From Dokdonella sp. (GTDB lineage: Bacteria > Pseudomonadota > Gammaproteobacteria > Xanthomonadales > Rhodanobacteraceae): a DNA stretch of 64,000 nucleotides. Positions 1 through 9,400 of this stretch are shown piece by piece (position 1 is the stretch's first letter; each line of letters starts with the position of its first letter). The stretch spans positions 6,855 through 70,854 of the forward strand of contig NZ_JBQCFP010000197.1 in assembly GCF_051958935.1 (NCBI RefSeq). The letters run 5' to 3'. The translations under genes and the position numbers were made by a program. Under the pieces are notes generated by a model that saw only the letters and a program-made list of their open reading frames with translations, did no database searches and was not told the origin of the DNA.

Positions 1-2301
1 GATCGCGGCGAGCCAGGGTGGCACGAAGCCGAGCGCGGCGAGCGGGATCGCCAGGAGGTTGTAGGCGAGCGTCCAGCGCAGGTTGCGCCGGATGACCGCG
101 AGCATGCCGCGGGCGACCTCGCGTGCCTCGACCAGGCTGCCGAGATCGGTGCCGGTGAGGACGAGGCCGCTCGCGGCCTGCGCGAGCGCGGCGCCGTCGC
201 CGAGCGCGACGGCGACGTCGGCGCCGCCGAGCACCGGTCCGTCATTGACGCCGTCGCCGACCGCGGCGACCGCCTCGCCGCGCGCGCGTAGCCAGGCGAG
301 ATGCGCGAGTTTGTCCGCGGGCGTGGCGCGTGCCCGCCACTCGGCAACGCCGAGCGCGGCCGCGACCTGCCGCACGCGCCCGGCATGATCACCGCTGACG
401 ATCTCGCAGGCGATGCCCGCCGCGCGCAGCGCGTCGATCGCCGCGTGCGCGCCGGCGCGTACGCGTTCGGTGACCGGGAAGCGCGCGATTTCGCCGTCGT
501 CGTCGGCGAGCACGAGCGCATCGCCGTCGTCGCCCGCGGCGAGCGCGAAATCCGCGCGGCCGAGTCGCAGCGAGCGGCCGTCGAGCCGGCCGAGCACGCC
601 GCCGCCCGCCTCGCGCACATCGGCGATCGCGGGCCGGGTGATGCCGTGTGCGGCGTCGCGTAGCGCGCGCGCGAGCGGGTGCGTGCTCGCCTGCTCGAGC
701 GCCGCGGCCGCGGCGAGCGCCGCCTCGCGCGAGCCGCGGGTGACGCGCATGCGCGCGATGTCGATCGCGGGTTCGGTCAGCGTGCCCGTCTTGTCGAATA
801 CGATGCGGTCGACGCGGGCAAGCGCTTCGAGCGCATCCGCGTCGACGACCATGACGCCGCGCCCCGCGAGCACGCCGACCGCGCGCGTCAGCGCCGACGG
901 CGCGGCGAGCGCGAACGCGCAGGGACAGCTGATCACGAGCACCGCGATGGCGCTCGCGAACGCGCGCGCCGGATCGAAGATCATCCAGGCCAGCGCGACC
1001 AGCCCGGTCGCTGCGAGTACGCGCACGACGAAGCGCGCCGCCGCCGCATCGGCAAGGCGGGCGACGCGCGGTCGCGCCGCTGCGGCGCGTTCTACCATGC
1101 GCGCGAGCGTCGACAGCACGGTATCGGGTCCAACCCGCCGCACCTCGACGTCGACCGGGCCGTCGAGGGCGACACTGCCGGCGACGACCTCGTCGCCGGT
1201 CTCGCGCACGCAGGCGGCGGATTCGCCGGTGAGCAGCGATTCGTCGACGCGGCAGCGCGCGGTGCGTAGCACGCCATCGACGGGAATGGTCGCGCCGGCG
1301 CCGACGCGTACGATCTCGCCGGGTTCGAGCTCGTGCACGCCGACCGTCTCGCAGGTGCCGTCGACCGAGCGTTCGGCGGTCGCCGGCTGCAGGCGCACGA
1401 GCGCGTCGGCGACCTCGCCGGCGCGCTGGCGGGCGCGCAGTTCCACGTAGCGCCCGAGCAGCAGCAGGAACACGAACATGCTGACCGAGTCGAAATAGAC
1501 GTCGCCTTCGCCGAGCACGGCGGCGGCGACGCTGCCGGCGTAGATCGCGCCGATCGCGAGCGCGACCGGCGTGTCCATCGACAGGCGCCGCGCGCGCCAT
1601 TCGCGCAGCGCGCCGGCGAAGAACGGTCGCGCCGCATAGAGCACGACCGGCGTCGCGACGAGCATGCCCATCCAGCGCATGAAGGCATGCACGGTAGAAT
1701 CGATACCGTCGAAGGCGCCCGCGTACAGCGCGACCGCGTACATCATCGCCTGCATCGCGCCGAAGCCGGCGACGACGAGGCGCTTCATCGCTGCGCGCCG
1801 TTCGGCCGTGCGCAGCGCGTCGACGCGATCGCCCTCTAGCGGGTGCGGGCGATAGCCGAGCCGCGCGAGCGACGCGAGCAGCATGGACAGGCGCGCGCGA
1901 CGCGGATCGAAGACGATGCGCACGCGCTGCACCAGCGGCGACACCGTCGCCTCGAGCACGCCGTCGCGGCCGGCGAGGGCGCGCTCGATCAGCCAGGCGC
2001 AGGCCGAACAACGCATGCCCTCGACGAGCACGGTCGCCTCGGCGCGATCCGCGACGATGTCACGCACGTGCCGACGCGCGAGCCGAGGGCGGTCCCATTC
2101 GGCGAAATCGTCCGCGGGCGTCGCACGCTCGCCGACGCCCTCGCGCAAACGGTAGTAGTCGGCGAGCCCGAGCCCATCGATCCATTCCACCGCGGCGCGG
2201 CATCCGATGCAACAGACCGGTTTCGTATCCGTTCCGATCGAGGCGAGCAGCGGTGCGCCGTCGCCGATCGCCTCGCCGCAGTGGAAGCAGCGGTCGGCCA
2301 T
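1..2301 (-). CDS. ccoI: Copper/heavy-metal translocating P-type ATPase CcoI/FixI; C-terminus runs off the left window edge
   Basis: My own minus-strand translation from the ATG at 2301-2299 gives MADRCFHCGEAIGDG...VCCIGCRAAVEWIDGLGLADYYRLR and VEGMRCSACAWLIE (CxxC metal-binding domain). Further on it gives VISCPCAF (CPC) and IVFDKTGTLTEP (phosphorylation motif). The gene is absent from the ORF track because no stop codon lies inside the window. It is the last gene of the cco cluster. Confidence 0.85.
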   Translation of the reverse strand, partial: MADRCFHCGEAIGDGAPLLASIGTDTKPVCCIGCRAAVEWIDGLGLADYYRLREGVGERATPADDFAEWDRPRLARRHVRDIVADRAEATVLVEGMRCSACAWLIERALAGRDGVLEATVSPLVQRVRIVFDPRRARLSMLLASLARLGYRPHPLEGDRVDALRTAERRAAMKRLVVAGFGAMQAMMYAVALYAGAFDGIDSTVHAFMRWMGMLVATPVVLYAARPFFAGALREWRARRLSMDTPVALAIGAIYAGSVAAAVLGEGDVYFDSVSMFVFLLLLGRYVELRARQRAGEVADALVRLQPATAERSVDGTCETVGVHELEPGEIVRVGAGATIPVDGVLRTARCRVDESLLTGESAACVRETGDEVVAGSVALDGPVDVEVRRVGPDTVLSTLARMVERAAAARPRVARLADAAAARFVVRVLAATGLVALAWMIFDPARAFASAIAVLVISCPCAFALAAPSALTRAVGVLAGRGVMVVDADALEALARVDRIVFDKTGTLTEPAIDIARMRVTRGSREAALAAAAALEQASTHPLARALRDAAHGITRPAIADVREAGGGVLGRLDGRSLRLGRADFALAAGDDGDALVLADDDGEIARFPVTERVRAGAHAAIDALRAAGIACEIVSGDHAGRVRQVAAALGVAEWRARATPADKLAHLAWLRARGEAVAAVGDGVNDGPVLGGADVAVALGDGAALAQAASGLVLTGTDLGSLVEAREVARGMLAVIRRNLRWTLAYNLLAIPLAALGFVPPWLAAI

Positions 2302-2306
2302 CGCCT

Positions 2307-2534
2307 TCAGGGCCTCGCCGTCGCGGCCGTCGCAGGACGCGCGGGCGGCTGGTGGCTCGGACGCGGCGCGTCGTTCGGCACGACGACATGGGCGTCGGGG
2401 TGGCGAACCGCGGTGACGACGAGCGACAGGGAACCCACGACGGTCGCGCCGAGCAACACGAGCATGAGCCAGACCTCGCCGACGCGGTACCAGCGCATCG
2501 GCGTGGCGGAGGTGGATTCGGTCGTGCGATTCAT
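2307..2534 (-). CDS. Small single-TM protein with a FixH/CcoH-like N-terminus (short, 75 aa)
   Basis: It is the tail of track ORF 2307..4181: MNRTTESTSATPMRWYRVGEVWLMLVLLGATVVGSLSLVVTAV... It has high GC3. Its ATG overlaps the ccoG stop (ATGA). It sits between ccoG and ccoI, where fixH/ccoH normally lies. Confidence 0.6.
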   Translation of the reverse strand: MNRTTESTSATPMRWYRVGEVWLMLVLLGATVVGSLSLVVTAVRHPDAHVVVPNDAPRPSHQPPARPATAATARP

Positions 2535-3958
2535 GGGGCCTCCGGGGCGAAGAATTGCGCCTTCGCGCGGGCGAGCTCGCTGCCGTCGGCGGCGACGACG
2601 ACGATCGTCACCGGTTTGCGCCCGCGCACCGAGCCGCGATCGGCGCGCAGGGTCAGCGGCAGCGAGAACACTTCGCCCGCGTCGAGCGACACGCTCGCGC
2701 TGCCGATCGTGCGCAGCGGCAGCGTCGTGTCGGTGCGCAGGCTCAGTGCGACCGCGTGGTCGGACTTGTTGGCGAGCTTGACCGCGTAACTGTTCTCGAT
2801 CGCGCCCGCCGCGACGGTGCGGAACAGCGCATTGCGATCGTGCAGCACTTCGGCGATCAGCGGCGCGCGCGCGGCGACACCCCACGAGAACGCGGCGACC
2901 AGCGCGCACAGCACGCCCGCGTAAAGGAACACGCGCGGGCGCAGGATGTGGCGCGGCCTGCCGCCGAGTTCGTTCTCGGTCGTGTAGCGGATGAGGCCGC
3001 GCGCGAGGCCGACCTTGTCCATGACCGCGTCGCAGGCGTCGATGCATGCGGCGCACGCGATGCAGTCGATCTGCAGGCCGTCGCGGATGTCGATGCCGGT
3101 CGGGCAGACCTGCACGCAGGCGCGGCAGTCGATGCAATCGCCGAGCGCCTTCGCCGCCGGTACCGAGACCGCCGCGTCGACGCTGCGCAGCTGCGCGCGC
3201 GAGCGGTGCCCGCGCGGCTCGCCGCGCGCGACGTCGTAGCTGATCACGAGCGTGTCGCGGTCGAACATCGCGCTCTGGAAGCGCGCGTACGGGCACATGT
3301 ACTTGCACACCTGCTCCCGCAGCATGCCCGCGTTGCCCCAGGTCGCGAACGAATAGAACAGGATCCAGAAACTCTCCCAGCCGCCAAGGCGCAGCTGCAG
3401 GACCTCGGCACCGAGTTCGCGGATCGGCGTGAAGAAGCCGACGAAGGTGAAGCCGGTCCACAGCGCGAAAACGACCCAGGCGACGTGCTTGGCCGCCTTG
3501 CGCACGACCTTGGCGCGGCCCCACGGCTCCTTGTCGAGCCGCATGCGCGCGTTGCGGTCGCCCTCGATGCGCCGTTCGATCCAGAGGAACACCTCGGTCC
3601 ACACCGTCTGCGGGCAGGCGTAGCCGCACCAGAGCCGGCCCGCGAGTGCGGTGAAGAAGAACAGGCTCAGCGCCGCGATGATGAGCAGCAGGGTGAGCAG
3701 GTAGAAGTCCTGCGGCCAGAAGGTGAGGCCGAACACGTGGAATCGGCGCGCGGGCAGGTCGAACAGCACGAGCTGCTGCCCGCCGATGCTGATCCACGGG
3801 AATGCGTAGAACATGCCGAGCAGCCAGAACACCGCGGCGATGCGCAGGCGCTGGAAGCGACCGTCGATCTCGCGCGGGTAGACCTTCGGCTGCTTCGCGT
3901 AGAGCGCGCCGCCGCCGTCGACGACGCGCACGTCGATCTTGCGCGAGCCCGCGTTCAT
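2531..3958 (-). CDS. ccoG: Cytochrome c oxidase accessory protein CcoG/FixG (membrane 4Fe-4S ferredoxin)
   Basis: It starts at internal Met 168 of track ORF 2531..4459 (MNAGSRKIDVRV...). It has TM segments, CGYACPQ, CKYMCPY and two ferredoxin Cys clusters (CIDCRACVQVCPTG and CIACAACIDACD). Confidence 0.9.
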   Translation of the reverse strand: MNAGSRKIDVRVVDGGGALYAKQPKVYPREIDGRFQRLRIAAVFWLLGMFYAFPWISIGGQQLVLFDLPARRFHVFGLTFWPQDFYLLTLLLIIAALSLFFFTALAGRLWCGYACPQTVWTEVFLWIERRIEGDRNARMRLDKEPWGRAKVVRKAAKHVAWVVFALWTGFTFVGFFTPIRELGAEVLQLRLGGWESFWILFYSFATWGNAGMLREQVCKYMCPYARFQSAMFDRDTLVISYDVARGEPRGHRSRAQLRSVDAAVSVPAAKALGDCIDCRACVQVCPTGIDIRDGLQIDCIACAACIDACDAVMDKVGLARGLIRYTTENELGGRPRHILRPRVFLYAGVLCALVAAFSWGVAARAPLIAEVLHDRNALFRTVAAGAIENSYAVKLANKSDHAVALSLRTDTTLPLRTIGSASVSLDAGEVFSLPLTLRADRGSVRGRKPVTIVVVAADGSELARAKAQFFAPEAP

Positions 3959-4215
3959 CGCCGCGCTGCGCCTTGCGCGGGCGCGCGCAGCAGCAGCGCG
4001 GTGAACGTGCTCGCCGACGCGGTGCAGAGCCAGAACATGAAGAAGCCGACCGTGTAGCCGAGTTCGCGCGACAACGCGATGCGCGGCCAGGTGATCGTCG
4101 CGAGATCGAGCGGGTCGACGACGCCGAAAAACACCATCGTCGCGACGCCCGCGGCGAAAAACGACGGCCAGAGGATCGCACCGAACCAGTGGATGCTCGC
4201 GCCGCGCATCGTCAT
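3955..4215 (-). CDS. Small hydrophobic membrane protein (86 aa) inserted between ccoP and ccoG
   Basis: It is the tail of track ORF 3955..4971: MTMRGASIHWFGAILWPSFFAAGVATMVFFGVV...GYTVGFFMFWLCTASASTFTALLL. It has ATGA overlaps with both the ccoP stop and the ccoG start. I do not recognise the family. Confidence 0.55.
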   Translation of the reverse strand: MTMRGASIHWFGAILWPSFFAAGVATMVFFGVVDPLDLATITWPRIALSRELGYTVGFFMFWLCTASASTFTALLLRAPAQGAARR

Positions 4216-5147
4216 TGCGCTCCGCCCGCGGGCGCGGCGGCCGGAGCCGTCGCGTCGTGCGGGTTCTGCGACAGCAGCCAGGCGACCGCGAGGCGTGCGC
4301 GGTCCTCGCCGAGCACGGCGCCCCATGCGGGCATCGTGCCGCACCGCCCCTCGACGATCGCGTTGCGCACCGCGGCGACGTCGCCGCCGCCATGCAGCCA
4401 GATGTCGTCGGTGAGGTTCGGCGCGCCGAGCGCGTGGTTGCCCTTGCCGTCCTTGCCATGGCATGCGGCGCAGATCGTCTCGAAGCGCGGCTTGCCGACT
4501 TCGGCGAGGCGCGCGTCGTGCGGCCGGCCGGACAGGCCCATGACGTAGTTCGCGACCTGCTCGACGCCGCCGTCGGGCAAGGTCGCCGCGAGCGGCGGCA
4601 TGACGCCGTGGCGGCCGCGAAGCACGCTCGCGAGCATCGTGTCGCCGTCGCTGCCGTAGAGCGCGTCGTCGTCGACGAGGTTGGGGTAGCCGACCGCGCC
4701 GCGCGCGTCCGAACCGTGGCACGCGGCGCAGGTGTTGGCGAACACGTTGCGACCGATCTTCACCGCCTTCGGGTCCTGCGCGAGCTCGGCGAGCGGACGT
4801 CCGCGGAAGGTGGCGTAGAGCGCCTCGAGTTTCGCATTCGTGTCCTTGAGTTCGTCGGTGACGGCGCCGGTCGATGTCCAGCCGAGCCGGCCGGCGAAAT
4901 TGCCCATGCCCGGGTACAGCACGAGGTAGCCGATCGCGAAGATCACGGTCAACACGAACAGGCCGAACCACCAGCGCGGCAGCGGGTTGTTGAGTTCCTC
5001 GAGGTCGTCGTCCCAGACGTGGCCGGTGGTCGCGCGCGCGTCACCTTCGCCGGCCCGCCGGCGCGCGGTCGCGAACAGCAGCACGACGAGGCCGACGATG
5101 TTGACCACGACGATGGCGATGATGAACCAGCTCCAGAACGCACTCAT
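4212..5147 (-). CDS. ccoP: cbb3-type cytochrome c oxidase subunit III (diheme cytochrome c)
   Basis: It starts at internal Met 91 of track ORF 4212..5417 ([16 protein letters not shown]...). It has an N-terminal TM segment and two CxxCH heme motifs (CAACHG, twice). Confidence 0.92.
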   Translation of the reverse strand: MSAFWSWFIIAIVVVNIVGLVVLLFATARRRAGEGDARATTGHVWDDDLEELNNPLPRWWFGLFVLTVIFAIGYLVLYPGMGNFAGRLGWTSTGAVTDELKDTNAKLEALYATFRGRPLAELAQDPKAVKIGRNVFANTCAACHGSDARGAVGYPNLVDDDALYGSDGDTMLASVLRGRHGVMPPLAATLPDGGVEQVANYVMGLSGRPHDARLAEVGKPRFETICAACHGKDGKGNHALGAPNLTDDIWLHGGGDVAAVRNAIVEGRCGTMPAWGAVLGEDRARLAVAWLLSQNPHDATAPAAAPAGGAQ

Positions 5148-5299
5148 CGGCGATTCTCCGCATGCAGGGGGGCGGCCGCGTGCTCGAGCGCGAGCGCCGC
5201 GGCTTCGTCGAAGGCTTCGCGCCGGCGCGTGCTCCAGGCCCACGCGAACAGCGCGGGGAACAGCACGAGCATCAGGGCAATGAGGATTCCCGAGATCAT
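5144..5299 (-). CDS. ccoQ: cbb3-type oxidase small subunit CcoQ
   Basis: It is the 51-aa tail of track ORF 5144..5626 ([34 protein letters not shown]...). It has one TM segment, lies between ccoO and ccoP, and has ATGA overlaps on both sides. Confidence 0.8.
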   Translation of the reverse strand: MISGILIALMLVLFPALFAWAWSTRRREAFDEAAALALEHAAAPLHAENRR

Positions 5300-5919
5300 T
5301 TCGCGGCCTCCGGTGCGGGTGCCTGCACGTTCGTGCCGAGCCCTTGCAGGTAGGCAACGAGCGCATCCATTTCGGTCTGGCCGGTGACGGTATCGCGCAC
5401 GCTCGCGAAGTCGGCATCCGTGTACGGCGTGCCGAGCAGCTTCAGCGCGTGCATCTTCTTGGTGACGAGATCCGGATCGACGAGCGCCTGCGACAGCCAC
5501 GGGTAGCCCGGCATGTTCGATTCGGGCACGACGTTGCGCGGGTTCTTGAGGTGCACGCGGTGCCAGTCGTCCGAATAGCGGCCGCCGACGCGCGCGAGAT
5601 CGGGTCCGGTGCGCTTCGAGCCCCACTGGAACGGGCGGTCGTACACCGACTCGCCCGCGGCCGAGTACGGCCCGTAGCGCAGCGTCTCGGACGCGAGCGT
5701 GCGGATCATCTGCGAATGGCAGCCGTAGCAGCCCTCGCGCACGTAGACGTCGCGGCCCGCGAGCCGCAGCGGTGAATAGGGCTTCACGCCCGGCGCCGGC
5801 TCGACCGCCTGCGCCTGGTACATCAGCGGCACGATCTCGGCGAGACCGCCGCTCAGGATCGCGACGAGGATGAGCACGGCCATGAGGCCGACGTTCTTTT
5901 CGATGAAGGCATGCAGCAT
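5296..5919 (-). CDS. ccoO: cbb3-type cytochrome c oxidase subunit II (monoheme)
   Basis: Full track ORF. It has an N-terminal TM segment, the CYGCHSQ heme motif and the conserved [16 protein letters not shown] segment. Confidence 0.95.
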   Translation of the reverse strand: MLHAFIEKNVGLMAVLILVAILSGGLAEIVPLMYQAQAVEPAPGVKPYSPLRLAGRDVYVREGCYGCHSQMIRTLASETLRYGPYSAAGESVYDRPFQWGSKRTGPDLARVGGRYSDDWHRVHLKNPRNVVPESNMPGYPWLSQALVDPDLVTKKMHALKLLGTPYTDADFASVRDTVTGQTEMDALVAYLQGLGTNVQAPAPEAAK

Positions 5920-5929
5920 GGCGGCGACC

Positions 5930-7354
5930 TCAGGCGTGGACCGGCAGGGGAACGGCGACGACCGGCACGGCCCGGCGCGGCAGGCACGTCTTCCACGCGT
6001 TCCAGCACATGATCAGCATGCCGCTGAGGAACAGCAGGCCGCCGAGCGCGCGCGTGACGTAGAACGGATAGGTCTGGCGCAGCGACTCGACGAACGTGTA
6101 GGTGAGCGTTCCGTCCGGGTTCGTGGCGCGCCACATGAGGCCCTGCATCACGCCCGCGATCCACATCGCGGCGATGTAGAGCACGACGCCGATCGTCGCG
6201 ACCCAGAAGTGCACGTCGACCGCGCGCGTCGAATGCATGCGTTCGGCGCCGAACAGCTTCGGCAGCATGCTGTACACCGCGCCGATCGTCACGAACGCGA
6301 CCCAGCCGAGCGCGCCGGAGTGCACGTGGCCGATGGTCCAGTCGGTATAGTGCGACAGCGAATTGACCGTCTTGATCGACATCATCGGCCCTTCGAAGGT
6401 CGACATGCCGTAGAACGACAGCGAGACGATCATGAACTTGAGGATCGGGTCGGTGCGCAGTTTGTGCCACGCGCCGGACAGCGTCATCATGCCGTTGATC
6501 ATGCCGCCCCAGCTCGGCGCGAGCAGGATCAGCGAGAACACCATGCCGAGCGACTGCGCCCAGTCCGGCAGCGCGGTGTAGTGCAGGTGGTGCGGGCCGG
6601 CCCACATGTAGACCGCGATCAGCGCCCAGAAATGCACGACCGACAGGCGGTACGAGTAGATCGGCCGCTGCGCCTGCTTGGGCACGTAGTAGTACATGAT
6701 CCCGAGGAAGCCCGCGGTCAGGAAGAAGCCGACCGCGTTGTGGCCGTACCACCACTGCACCATCGCGTCGACCGCGCCCGAATAGACCGGGTAGGAATCG
6801 GTCAGCGTCACCGGGATCGCGAGGCTGTTGACGATGTGCAGCACGGCCACGGTGAGGATGTATGCGCCGAAGAACCAGTTGGCGACGTAGATGTGCTTGA
6901 CCTTGCGCTTGACGATCGTGCCGAAGAACACGACCGCGTAGACGACCCAGACGACGGCGATGAGCACGTCGATCGGCCAGATCAGCTCGGCGTACTCCTT
7001 GCTCTGCGTGTAGCCGAGCGGCAGGGTGATCGCGGCAAGCACGATCACCGCCTGCCAGCCCCAGAATGTGAACGCGGCGAGGCGGTCGCCGAACAGGCGC
7101 GCCTGGCAGGTGCGTTGGACGACGTAATAGGACGTCGCGAACAGGCCGCAACCGCCGAACGCGAAGATCACCGCGTTCGTGTGCAGCGGCCGCAGGCGGC
7201 TGTAGGTGAGCCAGGGAATGTCGAAGTTGAGCGCTGGCCACGCCAGCTGCGCCGCGATCAGCAGGCCGACCGCCATGCCGACGACGCCCCAGACGATCGT
7301 CGCGATCGTGAACTGGCGCACGACCCTGTCGTTGTACGTTTCCACGTTCTGCAT
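5930..7354 (-). CDS. ccoN: cbb3-type cytochrome c oxidase subunit I
   Basis: Full track ORF of 474 aa. It is a polytopic heme-copper oxidase subunit I-like sequence ([14 protein letters not shown]..., [18 protein letters not shown]). Confidence 0.95.
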   Translation of the reverse strand: MQNVETYNDRVVRQFTIATIVWGVVGMAVGLLIAAQLAWPALNFDIPWLTYSRLRPLHTNAVIFAFGGCGLFATSYYVVQRTCQARLFGDRLAAFTFWGWQAVIVLAAITLPLGYTQSKEYAELIWPIDVLIAVVWVVYAVVFFGTIVKRKVKHIYVANWFFGAYILTVAVLHIVNSLAIPVTLTDSYPVYSGAVDAMVQWWYGHNAVGFFLTAGFLGIMYYYVPKQAQRPIYSYRLSVVHFWALIAVYMWAGPHHLHYTALPDWAQSLGMVFSLILLAPSWGGMINGMMTLSGAWHKLRTDPILKFMIVSLSFYGMSTFEGPMMSIKTVNSLSHYTDWTIGHVHSGALGWVAFVTIGAVYSMLPKLFGAERMHSTRAVDVHFWVATIGVVLYIAAMWIAGVMQGLMWRATNPDGTLTYTFVESLRQTYPFYVTRALGGLLFLSGMLIMCWNAWKTCLPRRAVPVVAVPLPVHA

Positions 7355-7410
7355 AGAAAACCCCTGGGCTTGATTGCGCGCGCAGTGTCGGCGGGCGACG
7401 CTTCGGACAC

Positions 7411-7424
7411 TTGATCGAAGTCAA
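7411..7424. promoter_or_regulatory. FNR/Anr-type box TTGATCGAAGTCAA upstream of ccoN
   Basis: It matches TTGAT-N4-ATCAA with one mismatch. The centre lies 63.5 nt upstream of the ccoN ATG. cbb3 oxidase operons are classic FNR/Anr targets. Confidence 0.65.
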
Positions 7425-7517
7425 ATCGGGGACCGGCCGCGCGCCGCTGCGGCATTTCGTCACGGCCGCCGTGTGCGCGCGCCAACGGCGCGTGCGTGCG
7501 AGGCGACGGCGGACCGG

Positions 7518-8084
7518 TCACAGTCTCAGCGAGTGGATCACCTGGCTCGCATCGAGCGGATCGGCACGCCGCGCGAAGCCGAGGTACGCAGCGAGCTCGC
7601 GCATCTGGGGATTGTCGGCCGCGTCGAGCGAAACCATCTCGTGGATGCCGCGCGCGCGGGCGACCGCGATCAGGTGGCGCATCAGCAGCGTGCCGAGGCC
7701 CTTGTGCTGCCATTCGTCGGCGACGGTGACCGCGCATTCGCACGACTTGCGGTCCGCGCCGAGGCTGAAGCGGCTGACGCCGATCAGGTGCTTCCCGCCT
7801 TCGCGCGCGATGAGCGCGGCGAAAGCGACCTCGCGGCGGAAGTCGAGCTGCGTCAGCTGGCGCACCAGCGCGTCGCTCGGCGAACCGATCAGGCCGAGGA
7901 AGCGCAGCCGCTTCGAACGCGCCGACAGATGTTCGATGAACTCGCGCTCGAGCGCCGCGTCGTCCGCGTGCAGAGGGCGGATCAGGACGCGCGTGCCGTC
8001 GAGCAACTCGTCGTGCCAGTGCTGCTGCTGTTCGTCGGTGCCTGCGGCCACGCTCGACGGTTCGATACCCGGTTGCGGTTGCAT
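7518..8084 (-). CDS. GNAT family N-acetyltransferase (resembles the C-terminal GNAT domain of Pat-type protein acetyltransferases)
   Basis: It starts at internal Met 53 of track ORF 7518..8240 (MQPQPGIEPSS...). The acetyl-CoA binding core is WQHKGLGTLLMRHLIAVARARG. Confidence 0.8.
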   Translation of the reverse strand: MQPQPGIEPSSVAAGTDEQQQHWHDELLDGTRVLIRPLHADDAALEREFIEHLSARSKRLRFLGLIGSPSDALVRQLTQLDFRREVAFAALIAREGGKHLIGVSRFSLGADRKSCECAVTVADEWQHKGLGTLLMRHLIAVARARGIHEMVSLDAADNPQMRELAAYLGFARRADPLDASQVIHSLRL

Positions 8085-8145
8085 GGGGCGTACTCCACTG
8101 CTGGGGGACACGCCTCGATCCTGCGCCAGCCGCACGCACTCGCAT

Positions 8146-8159
8146 TGATCTGGATCACG
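8146..8159. promoter_or_regulatory. FNR/Anr-type box TTGATCTGGATCAC
   Basis: It has one mismatch to TTGAT-N4-ATCAA. The centre lies 68.5 nt from the ATG of the GNAT gene. It sits in the divergent intergenic region. Confidence 0.55.
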
Positions 8160-8180
8160 CCGGAGGAGAAGGGCGCCCGA

Positions 8181-8194
8181 TTGATCCCCGTCAA
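8181..8194. promoter_or_regulatory. FNR/Anr-type box TTGATCCCCGTCAA
   Basis: It has the same TTGAT-N4-GTCAA form as the ccoN and adhP boxes. The centre lies 64.5 nt upstream of the ATG at 8252. Confidence 0.55.
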
Positions 8195-8251
8195 GCCGTC
8201 GCCGGGCGGGCGGCGCTAGGGTGGTATCCGTTGGCGGCAACGGAGGCGACC

Positions 8252-8548
8252 ATGCAGCACCCGATCACAGGACCTGCAGTGCCCGATGTCGCGGCGAGCG
8301 CCGCGGGCGGGGACTTGCTGCGCAACGTCGTGGGTGTCGATGCGGTCCTGCTCGAGATCGCCGCGCGCCGCTGGCGTCGCAATCTCGAGGTGTTCATGCG
8401 CCTGGCGACGTGCGGTTCGCCGCTCGCGTTCGCTCAGGTGTCGATCGAAGCCGCGACCGAGGCGATGCTGGATGGCTTCGCATTCACGCAGCGGCTGTGC
8501 GGCCTGTTCGACCCCGACGTCGCCGACAGCAGCCTTGCCGTGTCCTGA
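8252..8548 (+). CDS. Small hypothetical protein (98 aa), possibly phasin-like
   Basis: The track ORF 8231..8548 begins at a TTG. I prefer the ATG at 8252, which has a GGAGG 5 nt upstream. The frame has high GC3 and a non-junk composition (LLEIAARRWRRNLEVFMRLATCGSPLAFAQVSIEAATEAMLDGF). The family assignment is weak. Confidence 0.5.
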   Translation: MQHPITGPAVPDVAASAAGGDLLRNVVGVDAVLLEIAARRWRRNLEVFMRLATCGSPLAFAQVSIEAATEAMLDGFAFTQRLCGLFDPDVADSSLAVS

Positions 8549-8564
8549 TCCGACGGAGCCGAAC

Positions 8565-9389
8565 ATGCGCGACATCATGGTCCATACCGGGCGCCACGAC
8601 GCCTGGAACAGCGGCGTCGAATACGCCGCCGATCTCGCCGCGCGCCTCGACGGCAGGCTCACCGGCGTCTTCGTGCATCCCTCGCCGCTCTACATGATGC
8701 CGCCGTACGTATCCGGCGACGTCATCCAGGCGGTGTTCGAAACTGCGCGCGAGGCGGAGCAGGCCGCTTATGCGGCGCGCGACGCGTTCGCCGCCTGGGC
8801 GACGAAGATCGGCGTACGCCAGGCCTTCTGGCAGGTCGCCGAAGGCCCTGCGCCGGAGACGCTCGCGCACGTGGGCAACTGGCACGACCTGCTCGTGCTC
8901 GAGCGCAACGCCGGCATGCCCTGGGGCGCACCCACGGACCTGGGTGCGATCGTGCTCGCGTCGCGCATGCCGTGCATCGTCGCGCCGCCCGGCTGCCGCG
9001 AAGCCGCGCTCGGTCGCATCGCGATCGCCTGGAACGGTTCCGCCGAAGCCGTGCGTGCGCTGCACTGCGCGCTGCCACTGCTGCACCATGCGGCGACCGT
9101 CGTGCTGCTCGACGGCGCGCGCCGCGCGCCCGACACCGAAGCCGGCTGGCTGCCGCCGTTCGACGTGCAGGCGTACCTCGCGCGGCACGACATTCGCGTG
9201 ACGACGAAGCCGATCCTCGTCGCCGACGACGGCGCGGGCGAGGCGATCCTCGCCGCCGCCAGCGAGATCGGCGCGGACCTGCTCGTCATGGGGGCATACG
9301 GCCGTTCGCGCTTCAGCGAATGGGCGTTCGGCGGCGCCACCCGCACCATCCTGCACGAGGCGACCCTGCCCGTGCTCATGCGCAACTGA
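8565..9389 (+). CDS. Universal stress protein, tandem-domain UspA family
   Basis: It starts at the internal Met of track ORF 8286..9389 (MRDIMVHTGRHD...). The second domain ends with the typical ADLLVMGAYGRSRFSEWAFGGATRTILHEATLPVLMRN. Confidence 0.85.
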   Translation: MRDIMVHTGRHDAWNSGVEYAADLAARLDGRLTGVFVHPSPLYMMPPYVSGDVIQAVFETAREAEQAAYAARDAFAAWATKIGVRQAFWQVAEGPAPETLAHVGNWHDLLVLERNAGMPWGAPTDLGAIVLASRMPCIVAPPGCREAALGRIAIAWNGSAEAVRALHCALPLLHHAATVVLLDGARRAPDTEAGWLPPFDVQAYLARHDIRVTTKPILVADDGAGEAILAAASEIGADLLVMGAYGRSRFSEWAFGGATRTILHEATLPVLMRN

Positions 9390-9400
9390 GGGGGAGCGCC

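Noticed and set aside
389-2011. A 540-aa minus-strand ORF, and many similar long ORFs elsewhere, with extreme Arg/Ala/Pro/Gly content. Other examples are 5853..7463, 8768..10501, 10742..12499, 12810..14447, 27930..31040, 30659..34045, 33458..36088, 42633..44741 and 48941..51172.
   Set aside because: They are out-of-frame or antisense to genes with clear family signatures. Their low-complexity RRRR/AAAA composition is what stop-poor alternative frames look like in roughly 70% GC DNA. They have no start context and no recognisable motifs.
3959-4459. N-terminal extensions of many track ORFs, for example the first 167 aa of 2531..4459, the first 90 aa of 4212..5417, and the first 156 aa of 44033..47035.
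   Set aside because: The extensions are Arg-rich junk that overlaps the upstream gene. The family-typical N-terminus begins at an internal ATG that often forms an ATGA overlap with the upstream stop. I therefore shortened these genes.
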